Below, one piece after another: positions 24,082-24,083 of a DNA stretch of 24,083 nucleotides; position 1 is the first letter of the stretch; every line of letters begins with the position of its first letter. The position numbers and the translations under genes are program-made. The notes beneath the pieces were generated by a model. That model saw only the letters and a list, made by a program, of their open reading frames with translations, did not search any database and was not told where the DNA came from. The DNA is from a virus (taxonomy: Duplodnaviria; Caudoviricetes). The stretch spans positions 1 through 24,083 of the IMG/VR virus record IMGVR_UViG_3300027808_000167; one strand, given 5' to 3'.

Positions 24082-24083
24082 CG

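Noticed and set aside
1-24083. Stop-codon reassignment
   Set aside because: Genes are full length under code 11, and TAG (2900, 18309) and TGA (2781, 4596, 17680) end genes at sensible boundaries.

Overview
A 24-kb piece of a large T4-distant (jumbo-type) myophage genome in the standard genetic code, almost entirely coded on the minus strand. In transcription order (right to left): tail sheath, tail tube, a tube-like protein, gp4-like head-completion nuclease, probable small terminase, two probable head proteins, large terminase, gp32 SSB, UvsX, accessory genes (SGNH-like, cupin) and UvsY. Next comes a separately promoted, terminator-bounded cassette (small ORF, P-loop ATPase, HNH, RNA ligase). 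Then UvsW, a Hint-like protein, a gp62-like protein, a zinc-finger protein, a 193-aa minimal DnaE core, one plus-strand gene, an Ig-like virion protein and a primase. The most notable observations are: (1) the cassette has twin promoters, each preceded by the same 18-bp palindrome, and an 11-nt complementarity between its 3' UTR and its 5' ribosome-binding region; (2) the DnaE is extremely reduced or split; (3) many promoters sit 5-8 nt from the ATG, implying leaderless mRNAs; (4) a possible stand-alone degenerate Hint domain. All protein calls come from motif recognition by eye; no database search was run.
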